Source: Elusimicrobiaceae bacterium
GTDB lineage: Bacteria; Elusimicrobiota; Elusimicrobia; Elusimicrobiales; Elusimicrobiaceae
Length of the DNA: 64,000 bases
Assembly (NCBI GenBank): GCA_016282685.1
Contig: JAEELM010000040.1
Span: forward strand, 1,267-65,266
Direction of reading: 5' to 3'
A program made the position numbers and the translations under genes. Positions within the stretch are counted from its first letter, which is position 1. Each line of letters opens with the position of its first letter. Positions 58,498-64,000 of this stretch are shown here, piece after piece. The notes beneath the pieces are model-generated. The model did not search any database, was not told where the DNA came from, and saw nothing but the letters and a program-made list of their open reading frames with translations.

Positions 58498-59460
58498 TTA
58501 AAAACTTTTTTTAAGTCCTTCCTTTAAGGGCGTGAACTGCTGTCCTGTTAGGGTTTGCCACTTTTTGCCCGAGCAAATCCAATGACCGGGGATGGTGGCT
58601 TCAGTTACTTTGTCGTAATTTAACGCCGGTAAAGTGCCTGTGATTTTGGCACATCCCTCATAAATTTTTGCAGCGGCATTCATCATCCATTTTGGAGCAT
58701 TGGGCATAAAGGGCTTCCGCACATTCATAGCTTGGGCCATTTCTGTGATAAAATAATCCCAAGAGTAAATTTTTTCTTCCGTTATGAAGTACGTTTCATT
58801 CCCCGTGTCCTTACGGGCAAAAGCTTGGTAGAGAGCTTCCACTAAATCGGATACATGTACAAAACTGAAATAACCGTTCCCTGAAGTATTTACCATAAGA
58901 CCGCGTTTGACCCAAAGAGCAATTTTAGAAACGCCCGAATCATTTTTTCCGTATACAATGGGAGGTCGAATAATGGTCCATTTTACACCCGAACGAATAG
59001 TGTTTTTGAGCAGTTGTTCGGCGGCTTGTTTAGTAATGCCGTAATCAGATACAGGGGTCGGTTTCATGGATTCAGTTCGGGGATGATCTTTGTCCGGCGA
59101 ATACCCGCTGGCTGCCAAACTGGACACTTGAATATAAGTTGTAATAGTAGGAGTTTGGTTAATTGCTTCAATAACGTGTTGGGTGGCATCCACATTGGCA
59201 CGTTTGAAGTCTTCATAATTAAATCCAAAAATTGCTGCGGCTAAATGAAAAACCCCCACACACCCCTCCATAGCTTTTTTTAAGGAGGCAGTATCTTGAT
59301 AATTTGCCTGTATCAATGTTACGGCGGGATTGGCAGGCTGTGTTTTTGGGGCATGGCGCGTTACAATGCGCACATGATACCCTTCTTGTAGTAATTTGTC
59401 GGTTAGTACACGACCAATGAAACCGTTTCCGCCAGTAATAAGAAGTGTGGGTTTATTCAT
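58498..59460 (-). CDS. NAD-dependent epimerase/dehydratase family SDR
   Basis: ITGGNGFIG, HLAA, VSSLAA, YGITK, RPPIVYG; start ATG 59460 (the ORF-track extension overlaps the upstream gene). Confidence 0.9.
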   Translation of the reverse strand: MNKPTLLITGGNGFIGRVLTDKLLQEGYHVRIVTRHAPKTQPANPAVTLIQANYQDTASLKKAMEGCVGVFHLAAAIFGFNYEDFKRANVDATQHVIEAINQTPTITTYIQVSSLAASGYSPDKDHPRTESMKPTPVSDYGITKQAAEQLLKNTIRSGVKWTIIRPPIVYGKNDSGVSKIALWVKRGLMVNTSGNGYFSFVHVSDLVEALYQAFARKDTGNETYFITEEKIYSWDYFITEMAQAMNVRKPFMPNAPKWMMNAAAKIYEGCAKITGTLPALNYDKVTEATIPGHWICSGKKWQTLTGQQFTPLKEGLKKSF

Positions 59461-59461
59461 A

Positions 59462-59935
59462 TTATTTTCCCGAAGTATTCGTATCCTTTTGTTTTTCCTC
59501 GTCGGCAGGTTGTTTTGCTGCTTCTTTTTGTTTGATATCTTGTTGGTTAGCAAAATTTTGCTCACTGCGGGCGTTACGTTTGTTAAAATCAAAATTGAAT
59601 GTTAAACGTTTCATTCCCATTTCGATATCCTCACGCGTCGGGAAAACCCCTGCTTCTAAACGCTCGATAGGATGAGTTCCTTCTTCTAAAGGCATATAGT
59701 ACAAGATTGCGTAGGTTGTCCCCGTTAACAGAACTAACGTGAACAACGTGTTTACGATGGAAAATCGATCCAATCCGGTTATTGCCAGTATAGTAGAAAC
59801 GACCATAAGTACACCTATCGCTACGGCCAACACAATTGCTACGAACATCCAAACAGTAAACGTATACTGTGGAAAGAAGACTAATCCCAATAACACAAAT
59901 AACACAACTAATACGAAACGTTGAAAACCACCCAT
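59462..59935 (-). CDS. Hypothetical membrane protein (3 TMs, charged tail)
   Basis: Hydrophobic N-terminal 80 aa; tightly packed in the operon. Confidence 0.7.
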   Translation of the reverse strand: MGGFQRFVLVVLFVLLGLVFFPQYTFTVWMFVAIVLAVAIGVLMVVSTILAITGLDRFSIVNTLFTLVLLTGTTYAILYYMPLEEGTHPIERLEAGVFPTREDIEMGMKRLTFNFDFNKRNARSEQNFANQQDIKQKEAAKQPADEEKQKDTNTSGK

Positions 59936-59936
59936 T

Positions 59937-60632
59937 TTATTTCTCCTGTTTGAACTCCACCGTAACGGTTAGTTCATCTTTTTCATAATACATTGGCAGG
60001 GGTGAAAAAGGCCCTGCGTTAATTACAGCAGACGTAGCTGCAAAATCATAAGAATCATCCCCAGAGGAAGACTCTACTTTTAAATTTTTTATCTTACCAT
60101 CACGGGCAATGGAAAACGTAACGGTTGACGCCAAGGTGTTTCCGGCCGGGCGTCTCTTTTCCCATTCAATCCATAACGAATTTCGTACTTGGGTAATGTA
60201 CCAAGGATATGGGAAATTGGCAAAATCCGTTTGAATATTTCCCCCTTCAAATTCTCCCTCTGCCGCAGCGGAATTTTTGGAAGAAGCTTCTTCCTCTAAG
60301 ATGCTGGGGGCACTTAAAGGAGCCTCTTTTTGAGTGTTATTTTTGGGAGTGGGTTTAGTTGAAATTTCCGCTTTAGAGGAATAAGCTTTTTTAGAAGACT
60401 GTTGGGGTTGTTGAGGTGCTGGAGTTTCAGTTGGGGCTTGAACAGCCGCTTTGGGGGCTTGTATGGAGCCTTTTGTCGGTTCTTGCCCGGTAACGGCTTG
60501 CACTTTCCCGGTACCGATAAAATCAATGGTATAGGTAGCCTTCATCTTTTGAGAAGAAGGAGCTAAAAGTAAAATTAGAAGGAGTGCCCCCATAACGTGT
60601 AATCCGCTGGAAGCAATAAAATATCTATTCAT
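59937..60632 (-). CDS. TonB/TolA-family energy transducer
   Basis: TM with S..LH, Pro/Gln/Lys linker, C-terminal Y...VR..L...W, FSIARDG.I, SSG...D.AA..AV..A.PF.PLP. Confidence 0.88.
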   Translation of the reverse strand: MNRYFIASSGLHVMGALLLILLLAPSSQKMKATYTIDFIGTGKVQAVTGQEPTKGSIQAPKAAVQAPTETPAPQQPQQSSKKAYSSKAEISTKPTPKNNTQKEAPLSAPSILEEEASSKNSAAAEGEFEGGNIQTDFANFPYPWYITQVRNSLWIEWEKRRPAGNTLASTVTFSIARDGKIKNLKVESSSGDDSYDFAATSAVINAGPFSPLPMYYEKDELTVTVEFKQEK

Positions 60633-61036
60633 TAGTTTTTCGACAATACGCCAATTCCTAATTTGGCGGCACCTAATTTTTTAGCTATATCAAATACATC
60701 TACCACTTGTTGAATTGGAACCTCTTTGTCTGCTTCAACTAAAATGGTCTTTTTGTTGGCTTTGCCTAAGCGTAAAATTAATTCACGTTCTAACGTCTTG
60801 ACCGTAACTGTTTTATTGAGTACGCGTATTGAACCATTTTTTTGTATCTCAATACGAACGACATCATCATCCGCTTGGGTGTTAATGGCATCTGATTTCG
60901 GCAAATCTACGTTCATTTGCATTTGAACCAGCATGGGACTCATGACCATAAAAATAATCAACAAAATCAACGTGATGTCGATAAACGGCACCATATTGAT
61001 ATCGGCCATAACGCGGTGTTTATTGCGACGGTTCAT
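60632..61036 (-). CDS. ExbD/TolR-family protein
   Basis: DINMVPFIDITLILLIIFMV, VDLPK, ADK.V....VV.V.D. Confidence 0.92.
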   Translation of the reverse strand: MNRRNKHRVMADINMVPFIDITLILLIIFMVMSPMLVQMQMNVDLPKSDAINTQADDDVVRIEIQKNGSIRVLNKTVTVKTLERELILRLGKANKKTILVEADKEVPIQQVVDVFDIAKKLGAAKLGIGVLSKN

Positions 61037-61038
61037 AC

Positions 61039-61692
61039 TTATTTTTCCACTGCCGAATGTGCGGCGTAAATAAAATCTTGAGCGGTTTTCTCTAATTCTT
61101 GGGCAAAATAATTGGTTTTGGACAAGAAATAGTTGTACGCAATAACTGCTGGAATAGCCACAAATAACCCAGCAGCTGTATTAATTAGAGCTTCTGCAAT
61201 GCCGGCTGCTACGATAGAAGCTCCCGCACCGTTGGCGGCTGCATTAGAAGCTAAATCCTTAAATGCGTGCATGACCCCAATTACTGTGCCGAACAACCCT
61301 ATGAAAGGGGTAATGCTTCCTAAAGTTCCCAAAACAGTTAAACGACGTTGCAATGACGCAATTTCAAAGTCAATAACACTTTCTGCCACCCGTTCTTGTT
61401 CACTGGCAGGCCGAGAAGCCGTTTTTATTAATCGGGTCAGCAAAATGGCGGCGGGTGTATTTTTAACTTGTTCTTTTTTACAAGCATCATTAATCTTATT
61501 ATAGTTGTAAGAGCGAATGGGATGTTTGCAATAGTCCATTAATTTCCTGGAATAAGAAATAACAGAGCGCAGACGGAAAAAACGTTCCAAAATAATGGAA
61601 ATGGAATAAATAGAAAGTAAAATCAATAAGATTAGTACCGGTCCTCCGGCAGCAATCAACTCCTTAATGTTGGTCATATTTGAAAAGTCCAT
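61039..61692 (-). CDS. ExbB/TolQ/MotA-family proton channel
   Basis: LGTLGSITPFIGLFGTV.G, GIAEALINTAAGL.VAIPA...YN. Confidence 0.93.
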   Translation of the reverse strand: MDFSNMTNIKELIAAGGPVLILLILLSIYSISIILERFFRLRSVISYSRKLMDYCKHPIRSYNYNKINDACKKEQVKNTPAAILLTRLIKTASRPASEQERVAESVIDFEIASLQRRLTVLGTLGSITPFIGLFGTVIGVMHAFKDLASNAAANGAGASIVAAGIAEALINTAAGLFVAIPAVIAYNYFLSKTNYFAQELEKTAQDFIYAAHSAVEK

Positions 61693-61717
61693 ATTTTTTT
61701 ATCTCCTCGGGTAATCC

Positions 61718-62194
61718 CTATTTATAAAAAATGATAAAAATTTGTAACAAAATGTTAACCATGAGTCCTGCGCAAACGTCGTCAAATACCACGCCAAAGG
61801 CATTTTCTATTTTGTCAAAGGTTTTTACCCATAAGGGCTTAATTGTATCAAATGTACGAAACAATACGAAACCAGCTAATAAATATCCCCAAGAACGTGG
61901 TAAAAAAGCCATTGCCGTAAGGTAACCGGCCATTTCGTCAATTACGATCTTTGGATTGTCATGCCCTTTGTACCCTTTAAATTGTACCTTTTGACATACA
62001 AAAACGGCAAGAGCCCAAAACGCAAGCAGGGTGATGAGATAAAGCATATAGTCTTTTGGGAAAAAAAGCACCAATAAAACACCCCACAACGTTCCCAGAA
62101 AACCGGCTCCTGTATTTTTTTTAAATCGAAACACCAGCGGAGGTAGATAGCTGATAAACCCCCCTGTTGCCAGTGTTTTATAAATTAATTGCAT
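61718..62194 (-). CDS. pgpA: Phosphatidylglycerophosphatase A
   Basis: GFLGT, HDNPKIVIDE..G, LFRTFD..KP, GVVFDD..AG. Confidence 0.9.
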   Translation of the reverse strand: MQLIYKTLATGGFISYLPPLVFRFKKNTGAGFLGTLWGVLLVLFFPKDYMLYLITLLAFWALAVFVCQKVQFKGYKGHDNPKIVIDEMAGYLTAMAFLPRSWGYLLAGFVLFRTFDTIKPLWVKTFDKIENAFGVVFDDVCAGLMVNILLQIFIIFYK

Positions 62195-62802
62195 GGCAAA
62201 CTCCAAGACTTTTTAAGCATATCCCAATTATTACGCAAATAAGCAATAGCACTTAGCCAAGTAATGACAGCGGCAATAGCCGTTAGTGTATAGGGAATTT
62301 TACTCAACGTAATGAAAATAATGCGAAAAATATTTTGGGCATTTCCATGTAACAAATGGGACAAATGATATACATCCAGCACAAAAAAGATAGTACCAAT
62401 AGCTACCATTTGGATAACCGTTTTAAATTTCCCCCACCGTTCGGCAGCCATTACTTTCCCTTCTAATGCGGCAATAGCTCTTAGAGTGGAAACCATCAAC
62501 TCGCGTAATAAGATAAAAAATACAGCCCAAATTGGGACATCTAACTCTTTGATTCCTACAAAAGCAAAGAAGGCTGCCATAACTAAAATTTTGTCCACAA
62601 ACGGATCAACAATCGCACCGAAGGGCGTAATTGTATGGGTATTTCGCGCAATTTTCCCATCTACCCAATCTGTACTAGCGGCCAAAATAAAGATAGCAGT
62701 TGCCACGAAACGAGACCAAGAAAAGGGCATTAAAATGAAAACAAACATTACAATAGATAAAGCTGCACGGATAAGGGTAATTTTATTAGCAAGCGTCATC
62801 AT
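62185..62802 (-). CDS. pgsA: CDP-diacylglycerol--glycerol-3-phosphate 3-phosphatidyltransferase
   Basis: ANKITL.R, TDWVDG.IAR, G..VDP..DK, RE..V..LR, GKFKT..QM. Confidence 0.95.
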   Translation of the reverse strand: MMTLANKITLIRAALSIVMFVFILMPFSWSRFVATAIFILAASTDWVDGKIARNTHTITPFGAIVDPFVDKILVMAAFFAFVGIKELDVPIWAVFFILLRELMVSTLRAIAALEGKVMAAERWGKFKTVIQMVAIGTIFFVLDVYHLSHLLHGNAQNIFRIIFITLSKIPYTLTAIAAVITWLSAIAYLRNNWDMLKKSWSLPCN

Positions 62803-63566
62803 TGAAAAAGTCCTCCGAAAATAGATATATCAATGGGGGTGTTTTTGTCTGTATGTGATAAATTAGACTGGGTTACCATTAAATCCGATACAATTTTAAT
62901 AGAAGTTGGAAAATAATCCTTTGGAGAAAGAGTGAGGTAAAGCATATAAGGTTCTCCTTCTTTAGGAGTAAGCACTAATACAGGACTGCCATTATCTTGT
63001 TGTAGGGCTACATTGTGCCGATCCAATAAGGCAGTATAATTACCGAAGTCAAATAAAGCTTGATTGGGTTGGCCTTGCTGCCATTCCTTCCAGGAAAGGT
63101 TGGTCACTTGCCTTCCCGATTCATCAAAAATCATAATTTCTTGTTTGTTGGTAAGAGCTGATTGTTCCAAGGCTCCTGACGCATCCAAAGTGTCTAAACG
63201 TAAGAGTTCCCGTTCTTTGTCGTATTTTAAAGTGCCTTGTGAGCGGCTGACTTGAACACCATCATAAGAGGAAGTTTGTTGAAAATCGGTCGTTAAAAAA
63301 GTAAGTTTTTTATCCCAGTTCTTTAATGCAGTTACTACTTCCCCCGGGTATAAGGAGGCGGTTTTAGCGGGCTGTGTCTTTGCCGTAGCCACCGGTGGCT
63401 CATTAAGCGGTTGGGTTGTTTTTTCAAGTACCGGGGCATCCTCCACAACTACGACCACTTCTTCGGAAGGTTGCGGATTGCTTTCGGAAGACGTATCTTT
63501 TCCGCAAGCTACTAAAAAAATTAGTGCAGAGCAGAAGTAAAAGGATTTATTTGTAAATAGTTTCAT
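62799..63566 (-). CDS. LolA-like lipoprotein carrier, itself with a lipobox
   Basis: LVAC lipobox, F.Q...G.L..., follows ftsK as lolA usually does. Confidence 0.65.
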   Translation of the reverse strand: MKLFTNKSFYFCSALIFLVACGKDTSSESNPQPSEEVVVVVEDAPVLEKTTQPLNEPPVATAKTQPAKTASLYPGEVVTALKNWDKKLTFLTTDFQQTSSYDGVQVSRSQGTLKYDKERELLRLDTLDASGALEQSALTNKQEIMIFDESGRQVTNLSWKEWQQGQPNQALFDFGNYTALLDRHNVALQQDNGSPVLVLTPKEGEPYMLYLTLSPKDYFPTSIKIVSDLMVTQSNLSHTDKNTPIDISIFGGLFQ

Positions 63567-64000
63567 ATTCGGGTTCCTTATAGTTTTTGTCGTAGGGTAA
63601 GCTTTGCAATTCTTCTATTGCACTGTCAATTAAATCATAATGGATTTCCCAACGGTTGGATCCTTCCGGCTTGGTAATATAACCTCTCATTTCCAATACA
63701 CTGAGAATGTTGGTAGCTCGGGCAGAAGAACCAAAATGAGCTTTGAGTAAATCTTGCGATACTCGGCGACGTTCTTTGATTAATTGCAAAGCTTGCAAAA
63801 TCTCTTCCGGTTTAGTTCCCAAACCATCTTGCGGGCGCATGCCCTGCTGTTGTTCTTGTACGATTTGGACTGGGTAATCGGGCCCCCCCTGTGCACGTAA
63901 GAAATCTGCCACGGCTTTAATTTCTTCAGGCGATACATACGCCCCTTGAATACGGAGCGGAGTTTGAGTGGACGAATCTAAAAGCAACATATCTCCACGA
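63547..64000 (-). CDS. ftsK: DNA translocase FtsK, C-terminal part (5' end outside the window)
   Basis: RGDML...RIQGAYVS..EI..V and a gamma winged-helix-like tail (S..LL....S.RA..I...LE.RG.I....GS..WE). Confidence 0.92.
   Translation of the reverse strand, partial: RGDMLLLDSSTQTPLRIQGAYVSPEEIKAVADFLRAQGGPDYPVQIVQEQQQGMRPQDGLGTKPEEILQALQLIKERRRVSQDLLKAHFGSSARATNILSVLEMRGYITKPEGSNRWEIHYDLIDSAIEELQSLPYDKNYKEPEYETIYK

Noticed and set aside
59460-59592. N-terminal extension of the 364-aa ORF
   Set aside because: Overlaps the upstream gene in another frame; the SDR fold starts at ATG 59460.

Overview
Ordinary chromosomal window (no CRISPR array, transposase, integrase or phage genes seen) from a low-to-mid GC diderm bacterium; gene style and the lineage-specific exported proteins suggest a gut Elusimicrobium-like organism (inference, not checked). 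Left to right: partial groEL and groES with CIRCE operators, a PP2C/Hanks kinase pair, a tandem PC4-like gene, LPS core genes (GT9, waaA), asmA, perR-rubrerythrin, MFS transporters, a degenerate acyl-CoA-ligase-like gene, a 1370-aa signal-peptide protein with an embedded 12-TM MFS-like module, pyk, gap, cdd, a CDP-3,6-dideoxyhexose cluster with a YerE-like ThDP enzyme and a NeuB-like synthase, a TetR-RND efflux operon, a Wza/Wzc exopolysaccharide export locus, tRNA-Ser(GCT), ppa, and the end of an ftsK-lolA-pgsA-pgpA-exbB/exbD/tonB(tolQRA)-like operon. Most interesting signals: (1) a shared tandem quasi-palindromic operator plus identically spaced sigma70 promoter ahead of two unrelated orphan exported-protein genes, with a third degenerate copy; (2) the giant MFS-fusion protein; (3) a probable branched-chain sugar pathway; (4) repeated -10 boxes 6-9 nt from start codons, implying widespread leaderless mRNAs. 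All functional calls come from motif recognition by eye; no searches were run.
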